DNA of 64,000 nt from Eledone cirrhosa (GCA_964016885.1 OZ024743.1:8556001-8620000), one strand, 5' to 3'. Counted from the first letter of the stretch, positions 37,629 through 51,237 are shown. Numbers and translations: made by a program. The notes: generated by a model from the sequence alone, not told the origin.

Positions 37629-38176
37629 AGACCAGATATTATGATATGGGACAGGGAGAAGAAAGCATGCACAGTAGTGGAAATTAGCTGCCCAGCAGAT
37701 GCCAATATAATATCAAAGATTAGTGAAAAGGAGAATATTTATGCAGAACTGATGAGAAATCTGCAGATACTCCACCCTGATTACACCTTCAGATTTATGC
37801 CTGTGATTATTGGGGCACTGGGGTATGTTAGTAACTGCCTCAATACAAATCTTGAGAAGCTAGGCTTCGCAGGAACAGAAAGAACACAACTAGTTAGGAA
37901 ATTACAAGTACAATCCATTAATGGGACAGTAAAAATATGTAAAACATTCCAAAAATGTTGCATCTAATAACTGCATATACACATGTACAGATGCAAAGCA
38001 TATACACATGCACACATACAACTCAAAACATACAATAACATCCATATCTACACAGACATGCATATATAATCTACCTAGTTGATGTTGTGTAAATTCCAAT
38101 GAGAGAGTCTTGTGTCTGTTAGAAACCGACTCTCTCTCTATTGGTAAAACTTTGTGAAATTATAAAACCGGAAGAA
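37629..38176 (+). mobile_element. R4/Dong-like non-LTR retrotransposon 3' end (REL endonuclease plus 3' UTR)
   Basis: RPDIMIWD...VVEISCP...KENIYAEL...PVIIGALG; bounded by (CATA)n on both sides. Confidence 0.8.
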
Positions 38177-39369
38177 CATACATACATACATACATACATA
38201 CATACATACATACATACATACATACATACATACACACATGGTGGCTGCCAACTCGTTTTCGAGTACGGCCACTACTTTATATCCATGTAGGAGAACCCCT
38301 ACTGATGCGCTGAACGAGTGTGACTTTTTAGTCCAGCCAGCGACTTGAAAGCTCTGGTACAAACACTACACTTGTGACAATTATTGACACATAGTGCTGG
38401 GCCCATGGTACCATGTGACGACAAATGCAGAGAGATCTCCAGATATAAAGCAATGCCTGTGCCGTGAAGCTTTTATAGTGAGCAAAGGCACTGCACAAAG
38501 CCAGTCCCACTCTCTTGACCAAGATGATATTTACCAAAAAGAAGAACAAGTCAACATCATTGGATACCATCAGGGTTGCAGGTGTTATATCAGAGTTTTC
38601 CTTCTCCTAGAATTCTGCCTTGACAAAGGCTAAGGGGTCATCTCTCCCGGTGATTTTGGATGGCCATTGACTCTTAAGAGCTCCTTTGCCTTTTGACAGG
38701 TTTTGTTTTTAGTCCTGCAGGATGTCCAAAGTCACCCTCCTCACCAAGAAACCTTGGTGGGGTTGCCAGTTTAGTCGCCAACGACCCGACCATGGGACAG
38801 GTTGTACTGGAATACATGTTACACACATACACACATACATACATACATACATACATACATACATACATACATACACACATACATACATACATACATACAT
38901 ACATACATACATACATACATACACACATACATACATACATACATACATACATACATACATACATACATACACACATACATACATACATACATACATACAT
39001 ACATACATACATACAGTTGAAACCAACTCGTGTCTGAATTATAACCATTTCTGAGAGAAAACAAACATTGGCAAAAAGGTGTTATTGATATTGCTGTCGC
39101 TGATGTCGCCTTGGATGTCTCATTAAACCAGGAAATTACTTATGTCATACTAGACAGTGTACAGGTAAGTTTCCTGCCTGCTTGAGTTTCATTGGCGTAG
39201 TATTCCTTGCGCTGCCGTGTTAGCCCACCTGTTGAGTGAGACACTTTCTTACAGATGTCACATGCAAAATCAAGGTGTATCGGGTATACATACATCATAA
39301 ATACATACATACACATACATACATACACATACATATATACATACACACACATACACACATACATACATA

Positions 39370-39564
39370 ACACGACTAGTTAGGAAATTACAAGTACAAT
39401 CTATTAATGGAACAGTAAAAATATGTAAAACATTCCAAAAATTCTGCATCTAATAACTGCATATACACATGTACAGATACACTTGTAAATTCCAATGAGA
39501 GAGTCTTGTATCTATGTTAGAAATCGACTCTCTTTAGTGGCAAAAATTTGTGAAATTATAAAAA
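39370..39564 (+). mobile_element. Third, shorter copy of the same REL element 3' end
   Basis: Near identical to 37885-38170 with an internal deletion; (CATA)n flanks. Confidence 0.85.
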
Positions 39565-40429
39565 CATACATACATACATACATACATACATACATACATA
39601 CATACATACATACATACATACATACATACATACATACATACATACATACATACATACATACATACATACGTACGTGTGTGTGTGTGTGTGTCTGTACGAG
39701 CGTGTGCGTATTTCTATGTGTGCATTTGTGCAAACATTTAACTCAGAAACGCATTCGCTAAACCTTCACGTGGTTAACGAAATACGTAACATTTCCAAGA
39801 CCAACCCCATACTAGGAGTACATGGTTGGTTTTAGAAAGGGCTTGTAAACAATCCTACTTGTTCGAATGCTTGGCTCAAAGTGAGAACATGTTCATAGCT
39901 TCTAAATAGGGCTGGATATTATTGAGTGTTGAGTGAAGCTCATTCTTACTGGCTGGTTCAGTTCACGTGAGGGAATTGGTGACTGCCGACTGATGATACG
40001 TAGGAAGTTCAGCCTAATCAGGGGCGGTGGAACTGGGTGACCAGGTTGGTAACCCCACCACCAACCCCAGTAATTATATTTTCTCCCCAAACTATCAAAA
40101 CACACATCTATATGTATATGCGCTACAATTTATGTTATGTAGAGACAGATGGGAGAGATATAAATATAGAGAGGGGGAGAGTTTGGTGGTAATGAATAGA
40201 GTGAGAGGATTGATAGAGATAGGTATTGATAGATATAGAGAGGAGGGGTGTTTGGTAGTGATAGATAGAATGAGAGGAAAAGCGTGAGAGTGGTGTATTG
40301 TAGATATAGAGAGGGGGATAGTTTAGTAGTAATTGATATAGAGGTGTTGCAACTGAGTATGCAAGTGTTAAGCATACAGTTTGAAGTGGGTGTGCATCAG
40401 ACCCCAGCTGTTTCCTGCTAACTTGTGGG

Positions 40430-41085
40430 TGATAATAATCCTGGTCTTGAGCTTTCCGGCAACCCTCTTTGGATGCTCTCAGTAGATCAGGCTGCGATCC
40501 AATGTTAAACCAAAATATTTGAGGTATGCTTCATTCTTGATAGATCTACCACAGAATGAGACCTTAAGTTCCGTCCTAGCTTGTCTAGTGCTAAAATGGA
40601 GGGTTGTCACAGTGGTGTTGCAAGGGCGGAGAGAGTAGAGAGGAAGATCAACTAATATCTTCGACAGTGGTTGGGAATCTCTCCAAGCTTCACTAAACGG
40701 CCCCTACATAAGATCAGGACAGTTCCAGCTTTCTCTGTCGTCTGTGGTAGAGGAATTCAAGGTGGCAAAGTGCAGAATGCGATGTTTCTTAAAGACTCAT
40801 AGGTTGCACGGGTCAGAGACGCGGGTGTTACTACAGGTAAAATTCCCTTATAACGAATACCATTATGACGAATTTTTCAATATAACGAAATTTTTTTCAA
40901 TCCCCAAGCCCGAGGTAATAACAAACAAACGCGCGATTTGTTTCGGTCGATTTCGTTACGACGACTTTTCGTTACAACGAATTTTTTATACCTCTTAAAT
41001 TTCGTTATAACGGAATTTCACTGTATATGATCAGGACGCAAATGGGCAGCTGACGCTTATGTCTCCGAAGCAAAAAGAGGCTTGA
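40430..41085 (+). mobile_element. Hero-like (R2 group) non-LTR fragment
   Basis: YLRQWLGISPSFT, SSVVEEFKVAKCR and SGRKWAA motifs; interrupted by a MITE. Confidence 0.65.
40834..41023. mobile_element. Tc1/mariner-superfamily (pogo/Tigger-like) MITE
   Basis: TA TSD; TIRs caggtaaaattcccttataacgaa / ttcgttataacggaatttcactg; internal ttataacgaa subrepeats. Confidence 0.75.
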
Positions 41086-41565
41086 TTTGTGATTCCATAG
41101 ATTGGGACAATTTACAGTCAAAATGTATTTTTGACTCTCTTTTTAATCGATATGATTAATATTTAAGGTATGACCTAATTTCTGCTAGCGCCAGATTCTC
41201 TGGGTTAACGCCAGATTCTCTAGGTTAACGCTTTGCCTGCGGCAAATTTACGTAACTTGGTTTATGCGGAATATATGTGTATTGCATTTTGAAATAAATG
41301 TGTTTTTCTTGGTTATTGAGTTATAAATCATTCATAGATAAAAGTGTTTTAACTGTGTTTTATTTCTGTGTAATTTAAGAGTGGTTGGTTGTTTTTTTAT
41401 TGCAGGTTGAGCAATGCCGGATATATCGGGAGCAGTGGGGACGAATACCCTAGGATCCCTCATCAAACAGAGGCTCCATCCCTCTCCGAACAGAAACCCC
41501 CCCCCCCCTCCCATCTCTATCTATCTATCTATCTCTATCTCTCTCTTTCTCTCTCTCATCCTACT

Positions 41566-41667
<102 letters not shown>

Positions 41668-42539
41668 GTTATACGAGAGGTCCATTAAACCTGAACTGCC
41701 CCGGGCTCCCCAAGGTCTAAATCGGATCCTGAAGTTGAGCACTCGTTTAAAGGATTTATCGTTGCCGTGTATGCTTGGTATTATGCGGTGTGTTTTGTAA
41801 TATTAGATTTATTGAAAGGCGGTGGGTTAGATCGATCATTAAAGCGTCGGACAAAATGCTTTGAGGTATTTTGTTACGGCTCATTATATTGTTTTGTACT
41901 CATATAACGCCGAGTTCAACTTTGTCTTTCACTCTTCCAAGATCGATAAAATGAAGTACCGATCAACTAACTCTGCCCCGTGTGTCAACGTTAGAAATCA
42001 TTAATCTCGTTGAAAAATTAAGTGAGTCAGATTAAGCTTAAAATGGTAAGATCTAGGAAAGATATAATGGTCACTGAGTGGTGAGTTGAACATAAGTATA
42101 ATACAAGCATTAGCAAGAGTTAATATCCCCTTGATTCTAGAGCCAGTTGTTGAATTATCCAGGTTCGATGAGAACGGGTCCAATTGTTTAATCCTTTGCC
42201 CTTGGGTTAGAGGTACATAATTGATACGGAACGCGACTGTCTGTGACTCTTTCGTTCCACATGTGTGGTGAGTGGTTATTGTGGCTGTGGCCGTACAGAA
42301 TGAATAACTGAATAGTTTTTTTTTTTTTTTTTAGTGCGAATTACAACTGCAGACCTATCAACTTTCCCCGTCCAACGGGGAGATCTCCCACCCACTTTGG
42401 GGTGGGTGACAGATGTCTTCTCTTGTGAAAATGGGTATACCTTTCATTATGTAAAATCTCTCTATTTTGCCTCACTTATCCCCGTTTTGAAGCACTTTTT
42501 TTCATGGTACATCCCATTTGGATTTAATAATAATAATAA

Positions 42540-42985
42540 TAATAATGATGAAAATATTGTGTACAGTGCTCAGGTGCACTACAACTCATCAAAAGTGCAT
42601 GTATAGTACATAGGGTAATGTACAAACGTCAGGAAAGTGAACAGTGCATGAGTCATGATGTGTGCATGTGTATGGAAGGGGGACATCAGGTGTAGTTTTG
42701 GCGAATTTCGGGAAGCATGAGGGTTTTAAAGGATGCAGTGTCTCGGCAGCTAACAACTGACGCAGGTAGTTTGTTCCATGCTTCAGCAACTCTAATCATA
42801 AACAAATGTTTCCAAGTCATGGGAGCTGTGCTGTTTTCTGACTTTGTAGGCATGTCTACGTGTGTTAGACACATGGAGATCAAAAAGGTGCTCAGGGTTG
42901 TTGGCGAGATGGTTAATAACTTTGTGGGTATTTATCAAGTCCATTGCCAGACGTCGGAGCTTCAATGAATCCATGCCCAGGGAAA
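42540..42985 (-). mobile_element. CR1 LINE 3' end
   Basis: SLKLRRLAMDL...RVAEAWNKLP; (ATT)n tail. Confidence 0.9.
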
Positions 42986-43969
42986 ATTTAGAAGTTGGCA
43001 AGTCTGCAACTGGAATTCGAGACGACCGGGGGGGGGGGGGGGGGGGGACCACTGACAACGGAGTTTTTATCATTGTTGACGTCTAATCCTACTGAAGTAT
43101 CCGGTAATACTCATGGTTGAGCTTGGCGGTTCCAGCGCCTCGCTCTTATTATTTCCTGCAGTTATGTCGTCAGTGTTCTAGGTTGCCTCGAAAATATTTA
43201 GAGTCGCCATCAGCATTCTCTGATGTATAACAGAGGGAGTCTGCACCTCTTCATATTTCCTTTTTACTGACTCCTTTATATTCTTATTGTCCGTAGAATT
43301 ATTCAGTTTATTTACATAGGGCAATGGTTCCCAAATTTTTCATTTCTGAGGACCACTTTTATTTAAATTAATTTTTCCCACGTGCCGCCAGCTCCAGATT
43401 TACAGACAAAATAACAACCTAAAGAGAGAAATATTTACACTTTACACTATTTACAATATTTACACGCCAAAAGCATGTGTTTTTAACAAAGTAGTTGAAA
43501 TTTTGAAATTACTCACTCCCAGTTCGATCTTTGTGGACCACAGGCTAGGAACTATTATTATACCGAGGTTGACTTTGCCTTTCATCCTTACGGGGTCGAT
43601 AAAATAAAGTACCAGTAATGCACTGGGTATTTGCTGGTCTTGTGCCTAAAGTAGAAACAATTATTATACAGAAAAATTGTTTTTTTTAATCAGTTCTTTA
43701 AAATGTGAACGTAGAGTAGGGGAAATAACTCTTGAATATTTCGTTTTTAACTGCTGGAAGAGAGGGGGAAAGACTAAGAGAAAGAATACGAGCTTAATTC
43801 AACTAAGTGAAGTATCCAAAATTTAGTGAGCGGGGGTGTGGGCTATAAAAGTGTATCGTATGTATTCCACATTTCTTTTTATTTTAAACTTATTCAAATT
43901 CTCACTAGTGTACACATATTAACCCTCACCGTCACGATAAATCTGAACTTTTGTATCAACAAATACATG

Positions 43970-44022
<53 letters not shown>

Positions 44023-44858
44023 ATATACATGAGTGTATGTTCAATCAAAGAATTCCGAACATTTTTCGTCAATGGAAAGTATACACGCATACGTAAGCGC
44101 ACGCACATACATACACAACAGAGCTTACTCTGTCTATCTTCTCTCATTTACTCGACTCCACATCAACAATGTTTTCTTTTTCTATAAAGCAGTCTACCCC
44201 GCAATCGACTGTTAACAGAGCTGGTCTGTAAGTCGTTTATACAGCTCTCAGTATCAAGTTTCGACTGTAAAAATAGTTTCAGCTAATGGATGTATATGAT
44301 AAACACTTAGCACTACAGGCTTCTAATGGTTTTAACTGGGTTGTGTTTTTCCATCCTGCCAGCGTGTAGCCAAATTACACGGATTAAAATAAATGTCGTT
44401 ACTACATACAAATAGATGACTAACTAAATTTAATCGTCGCTATGAGACAACTATTACAGTCTCGTGGTTGCGAAGACAGATATTTTCGGTCAAACTTCTC
44501 CTCACATCTGTCAGTACTAAATAGCTCTTGATACATTTGCTGCTAGTCTGTCCCAGATATACTCGGAAATACTTTTTCAACCACTCACTGACGTACTCTT
44601 GCCAAGTATGGCAGCACAACACTGCTAGTGGAATCAATAAACAATAAAGTTTATTCTACAAAAACTAGCTATATTTATAGACTGTAGAATGTACAGTTGT
44701 TGTTTTAAAATCACTGATAAACAACTGATTATTTTACGGATAGAAAAGGTTCAGGTTCTTGACCAAACACACCACACACACCCACTCATATAAATATATA
44801 CAGGGCGTCCCCCAAAAATGTATAAATACTTCAACAGCATTCTAATAAAAGTGTGTAT

Positions 44859-44939
<81 letters not shown>

Positions 44940-44941
<2 letters not shown>

Positions 44942-45498
44942 CATAGATTAAGTTTAACGTCCGAGATATTGAAAGTATATTTTCTGACAAGTGAATGTGT
45001 TTTTTTGTTTTTTTTACAGTGACAGTTACGATACAGTTTGTTTATTTACAACAGGTCTCTATAGTGATATGGTGCTAATTAGTATTGCGTGTGTGATTAT
45101 TTTTTTCTTTTTCTTTGTTTGTGTATTGTGTGTACGGAAAATGACATTGTGTGTTGAAAGAAATAAATTTTTTTTAAATAACTACATAGTTAGACGTTTG
45201 TTGCATATAACATAAATTGACCTACCTTATCAACATCCTTATTAGACCGTCTAACTATGTAGTTATTTTTAAAAAATTTCTTTCTTTCAACACACAATGT
45301 CATTTTCCGTACACACAATACACAAAAAAAGAAAAAGAAAAAATAATCACACACGCAATACTAATTAGCACCATATCACTATAGAGACCTGTTGTAAATA
45401 AACAAACTGTATCGTAACTGTCACTGTAAAAAAATAAAAAAAACACATTCACTTGTCAGAAAATATACTTTCATTATCTCGGACGTTAAACTTAACCT

Positions 45499-45503
<5 letters not shown>
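44940..45503. repeat. Long inverted repeat, ~256-bp arms and ~50-bp spacer
   Basis: 44940-45196 is the reverse complement of 45248-45503; (TA)n on both sides. Confidence 0.93.
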
Positions 45504-45533
<30 letters not shown>

Positions 45534-45537
<4 letters not shown>

Positions 45538-46942
45538 CACAAGAATCAAAGCTATGTTCAAAGCATTTATTCACTTACAATTGTTTCATCCAAACCTAGG
45601 CTTGGAATCTTCGGAGCATTTTTCAATGTTTGTACATATAATTGACCTCCTATCCAACGCAGGAGACATACAGATACATATATATATATATTGATGTACA
45701 GTGGAGCGACATATATTATACTATACTATTTTTGTACAGCAATTCAAATTCAACATCAAAATCAAAATTAAAATTAAAATTAAAATACATGCGGCAGATA
45801 ACACAGATAATGCAAGAGGATAGTTTGATAGTCAGATCTAGTAGGTAGTGTATGCGTTAGTTACACATGGAGCATGCAAGTGTGTCTCACTTATATACGA
45901 TTATTGTGTAGCAAGGTGTTACATGTAATGCAAGCACTTTAAGCGGGTAAGCAAGAGTATTATGGTGGTTGTAGTGGTAGGGTATTTTTTGTATAGAACA
46001 AAAAAGTATGTGTGCAGAAAAAGAAAAAGAAGAAGAAAGTTATAGTTTTCGCATCAACCACCATTTTTACATTCAGAAAAAGTAAGTATAATTTTTACAT
46101 CCATCACATAAGTTACGATGATTCCGTATTGAATGTTTGATGCATTAAATTATTGTAGTGTATTGAGGCTCAGTGTTATTTAATCCATATTTATAGAATA
46201 AACCACTGTAAATTCTCGCAGCAGAAAGAACATATTCTATAAATATGGATTAAATAACACTGAGCCTCAATACGCTACAATAATTTAATGCATCAAACAT
46301 TCAATACGGAATCATCGTAACTTATGTGATGGATGTAAAAATTATACTTACTTTTTCTGAATGTGAAAATGGTGGTTGATGCGAAAACTATAACTTTCTT
46401 CTTTTTTTTCTTTTTCTTTTTCTTTTTCTTTTTCTTTTTCTTTTTCTGCACACATACTTTTTTGATCTATACAAAAAATACCCTACCACTACAACCACCA
46501 TAATACTCTTGCTTACCCGCTTAAAGTGCTTGCATTACATGTAACACCTTGCTACACAATAATCGTATATAAGTGAGACACACTTGCATGCTCGATGTAT
46601 GACTAACACATACACTACCTACTAGATCTGACTATCAAACTATCAAACTATCCTCTTGCATTATCTGTGTTATCTGTGTTATCTGCCGAATGTATTTTAA
46701 TTTTAATTTTAATTTTGATTTTGATGTTGAATTTGAATTGCTGTACAAATATAGTATAGTATAATATATGTCACTCCACTGTACATCAATATATATATGT
46801 ATCTGTATGTCTCTTGCGTTGGATAGGAGGTCAATTATATGTACAAACATTGAAAAATGCTCCGAAGATTCCAAGCCTAGGTTTGGATGAAACAATTGTA
46901 AGTGAATAAATGCTTTGAACATAGCTTTGATTCTTGTGAATT
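45534..46942. repeat. 1.4-kb palindrome (arms 45534-46200 and 46233-46942, 32-bp spacer), PLE-like, with HHR-like motifs near both outer ends
   Basis: Arms are reverse complements with scattered SNPs and small slippage indels. Confidence 0.95.
46858..46904 (+). ncRNA. Hammerhead-like motif with a CCGAAGA core (mirror copy at 45572-45618, minus)
   Basis: tgct-CCGAAGA-ttccaag..ttggat-GAAA-caattg-UA-agtg, then aataaa. Confidence 0.5.
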
Positions 46943-47099
46943 CTATATAAGTGCTCTGTAGAACAACTGATGTTATTACATTGAGCTATTTATCTTACTG
47001 GTAATAAGGTAGTAATAAATTACTGACCTTCCCTGTTTATGGTTTAAAATATACATAACTATAAAAAGTTTAAAATATACATAACTATAAATAGTATCC

Positions 47100-47141
<42 letters not shown>

Positions 47142-47859
47142 TCATCATCATCGTTTAACGTCTATCTTCCACACTAGCATGGGTTAGACGGGAATTGTCC
47201 CACTTGAGGCAAGCTTGATTGGGTGACTGTGTCTCGCTCGTATAGGACTGTATCTGGCAGGTTTTCTACGGCTGGATGCCCTTCCTAACACCAACCACAT
47301 TTACAGTGTGGACTGGGAGCCTTGTTATGGTGTCTCCTACGCGACCACTTTACAATGTGGACCAGATGTTCTGTGGTACCAACATAACTTTACAGAGAAA
47401 GGGTGATTGGGTGGGAGTGGGAGGATGGAGTAGGGTTATTGGGGTATATATTTGGTTAAGAGGTGCCTACTGACTGTAGGTTTAACTTTATACGTAAGGG
47501 AAGGCGGGTCTTTTGTATTACTGTGTATCGCCAAAGGTCTCAATCCAGTGACATTGTCTTAGGGAGGTGTAAGTGTGCAAGGTTAAATTTGATCATGTTG
47601 TCCCAGTTTTTTCTGGGTCTACTTATTCCGTAACTTCCATCAATTTTGATCACCTTGCACTTTTTTATACAGCTGTCGTCTTTCATGCGCATCACATGAC
47701 CATACCAACGTAATCTCCTCTCAAGTAACGAGGATATCCCTTTCTCAACAGGCATTTTATTCCGTTATCCACGAAGCACGACTTATTACCTCCACTGCCA
47801 AGGACTGTAGCAGTAACTTTGGCAGTGGGGTCACACGCATATATATATATATATATATA

Positions 47860-48330
47860 TCATCATCATCATCATCAGGTTTAGCGTCCGTGTTCCACGC
47901 TTGCATGGGTTTGGATGGGGGTTTTCCCACTTGAGGCAAGAGTGGTTGTCTTGCTCGCATAGGACTGTCTGGCGGGTTTTCTACAGTTGGATGCCCTTCC
48001 TAACACCAACCACATTTACAGTGTGGGGCTGGGAGGTTTTTACCGTGTTGCCTACACGGCCACATTACAGCGTGGACTGTCTGGCGGGTTTTCTACAGCT
48101 GGATGCCCTTCCTAACACCAACCACATTTACAGTGTGGGGCTGGGAGGTTTTTACCGTGTTGCCTACACGGCCACATTACAGCGTGGACTGTCTGGCGGG
48201 TTTTCTACAGCTGGATGCCCTTCCTAACACCAACCACATTTACAGTGTGGGGCTGGGAGGTTTTTACCGTGTTGCCTACACGGCCACATTTACAGCGTGG
48301 ACTGTGTGTTTTTTGTCGTGACACCTACAC
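47860..48330 (-). mobile_element. SINE/RTE-tail family with (GAT)n tail, containing a 3x 112-bp tandem repeat (47962-48298)
   Basis: ggatgcccttcctaacaccaaccac motif; related copies near 47138, 56472, 59280 and 60900. Confidence 0.75.
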
Positions 48331-48445
48331 GATCTCATTTGTTTCAGCCTGGATATATATATATTAGAATTGGTGCTCTGAAATAGCGATATATATATGA
48401 ATGTATATATAGTGTATTTTGCAATATACTGTATGCTTAATTATT

Positions 48446-48490
48446 AGCTTTGATAAGTACCAAAAAGTACGAAACAGGGCTCTGTCAGCT
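48446..48490 (+). ncRNA. Type I hammerhead, U3-A8 variant (5'-truncated stem I)
   Basis: agct-UUGAUAA-gtac(caaaaa)gtac-GAAA-cagggctctg-UC-agct. Confidence 0.7.
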
Positions 48491-48740
48491 TTATCTCCCC
48501 TGTTTGCTGAAAATTTAAAGTAAGTGAGACTGTCACTACTCTAAAACAATAGCATAAGGTCTTTGAAATGCTTTTAATTAAGCATACAGTGTATTGCAAA
48601 ATACACTATATATACATTCATATATATATCGCTATTTCAGAGCACCAATTCTAATTTTCAATTTGTGCTTGACCGGCAACCGCTCTGTATAATCAGTTCC
48701 TGATTATTACTAGAATTCTATAAGAATAAAACATTCATGA

Positions 48741-48833
48741 TTTTCAGCAAACAGGTGGAGTAGTTAGCTTTGATAAGTACCAAAAAGTACGAAACAGAAC
48801 TCTGTCAGCTTTATCTCCCCTGTTTGCTGAAAA
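48741..48833 (+). ncRNA. Type I hammerhead, U3-A8 variant with extended stem I
   Basis: Same core at 48766-48810. Distal stem I ttttcagcaaacagg/cctgtttgctgaaaa (15 bp) beyond an internal loop. Direct repeat with 320-bp period. Confidence 0.8.
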
Positions 48834-51001
48834 TTTAAAGTAAGTGAGACTGTCACTACTCTAAAACTATAGCGTAAGGTCTTCGAAATGCTTTTAATTA
48901 AGCATACAGTGTATATACACTATATATACATTCATATTTATATATATATATAATTTATTTATTAATGTTCAAACAGGGAACAAAAGCACTACCTAAGGTT
49001 TCAAGGTCCAATATTGACCATATCTCCAGATTGTTAGAGGGATCAAAATTGTGACCTAATCTTCAGTTGCTTAGACAAGTTTTGAAGGTACAATTAAAAG
49101 TATATATATATAGATGTGTGTGTGTGTGTATGGTAGATATGGATGCAATTCAATTCAAGCACTCGACATCATGTTACTTCTTCAAAAGAAGCATGACAGA
49201 TTATAATTAGAATGAGGAAAATGCGAAGTTGTAGATATTAAAGAGTATTTTATTAATAAGGCTGTGAAACATATTAATAAGATGATGACCAGTATCGTGA
49301 TTTCATCAGACAACAAAATTGGGTAAAAGGTTATGTTTCCGAGGCAATCATGTGTGCAAGGGTGGGGACTAAAAAAATTGCTTTTGCTTGGGTTGACAAA
49401 CAAGAGTGTTGGAATGATGGTGTCAATAAAAATTTGAAAAACGGCAAGAACTTTCTGTCCAACCTAATATTTCGAGGTTAGGGCCTCTCTTGTAAGATCT
49501 CATCAATTAAGTAAAATGACAAACAACCTCCCAGTGTTGGTACTATGATAAAATGTACCCAATACACTAAAAACCATTCCCAAAAAGGTTGCTCTGACTC
49601 TTCAGCCATATCACAGACATGAGAACCTTCCTAGTGCTGATACCATCACAAAATGCACCCAGTACACTCTGTAAAGTATGTGGTGCTTGAAAGAACAAGC
49701 AACTGTAGAAACCATACCAAAACAGAAATGCATGTTAGCAAGATGTGACCCCAACACCATCACCACTAGTCTGGGAGGACAGTGCCTTCGATTATGTAGA
49801 GACTTTATCTATGACAACTCCTCCTACCTATACCAGCATGGTAAAATGAAGATTAAATGATGATGGTGATACAGAGAGTGAAGGGTAGCCAGAGAAATAA
49901 GACTATTAACAGAAAGTGTTGATTTCTAGCACAAATGGAAATATTTTGAACATTTAGAAAACCCCGCCCTATTTTTGTCTAGCTTTTGTGTTCCATGAAT
50001 TCTTAATGAAAATTTTAAAACGTTTTTCACAGTGTGTTTGTGTGACAGGCAGACAAAAAGTTTGTAGAGTTATTATATTATAGATTAATTTTTCAAATAA
50101 AATATTTAAAATTTTTTCAGTAAATATGATCCTGTGTGAAACATTATGCATCATGCATGAAACAGCAAAATATTCCCTCACTTCCATAAGACTCCAGTTC
50201 TCAACAGTCATGTTTACTAAATTAACTTCTATCCATGAATACTAAATTTTCTAAATAAATTTCTAAATCAGTTTTGACTATAAATTTGGAGAATTTTCTG
50301 TGATGCATTTTCAGTAAATACTTCCAAAATTATAATCTTTATCTTCATGTTCAAACTTAAATCCATCCTCAAGGACTATCATATTTATATTTATTTAGTA
50401 TTTCAGCATAAAGACATACATATACACACAAACACTCACAAATGTATGCACATACATGCATACACACACGCACACATATGTATGCACTCACGTCATCATT
50501 TACCATCTGCTTTCCTTGTTATCAAGGGTTGAATGGGTCTTCACAAACTGAGTCAGTACTGAAGCAGAACTACTGACCTCCAATGTTCAGCATCTCGCTT
50601 ACATATGGTCCTATGTTCTACAGAACACATTTTATCATGGCACCAGCACTAGAGAGGTTGCGTTTATCATGTAGATCATCAACAACAAGGAGATTGTCAT
50701 ATCCTCAACACAACTGAAGGGTTCTCCCAACCCTTTGGCAAGCATTCTATGTTGGATGACCATCCTATCGCCAGTCACTTTACAGTGTGTACTGGGTGCA
50801 TTTATCATGTAAATCCCCAACACTGAAGAGGCTGTCATGTCCTTTGACACAACTGAAAGGTCCTTTCAACCCTTTTGGCATGCTTTCTGCAGTGGAGTGT
50901 CCTTCCTATCACCAATCACCTTACAGGTTGGGCCAAGGGCACTTTCATGGCATACATATACACATATATCTACACACATGCATACATATATATATATATG
51001 T

Positions 51002-51195
51002 ATATTTAATATAGAAAAGGCTTCTGCAGGACTAGAATTGTTTCATTCGGGAAGCTTCAGGAAGCTTCCTGATGATTTCTCCTGAATGAAACAATTCTAG
51101 TCCTGTAGAAGTCTTTTCTATATTAAATATTTATACTCTGCTTTGTATTGAGTACCTTACTTACTGTGGTTACCCCCGATTGAACCCGGGATGAA
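51002..51195 (+). repeat. Family P2 copy with palindrome 51002-51130
   Basis: Contains ctgatgatttctcctgaatgaaacaattctagtc. Confidence 0.75.
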
Positions 51196-51237
51196 CTTAT
51201 ATATATATATAGAGAGAGATATAGATATAGATATATA

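Noticed and set aside
38674-39064. MYVC/HTYI repeat ORFs (also YI and CV ORFs throughout)
   Set aside because: (CATA)n, (TA)n and (TG)n microsatellite translations.
44440-44637. 65-aa minus-strand ORF in unique sequence
   Set aside because: No motif and no convincing splice sites.
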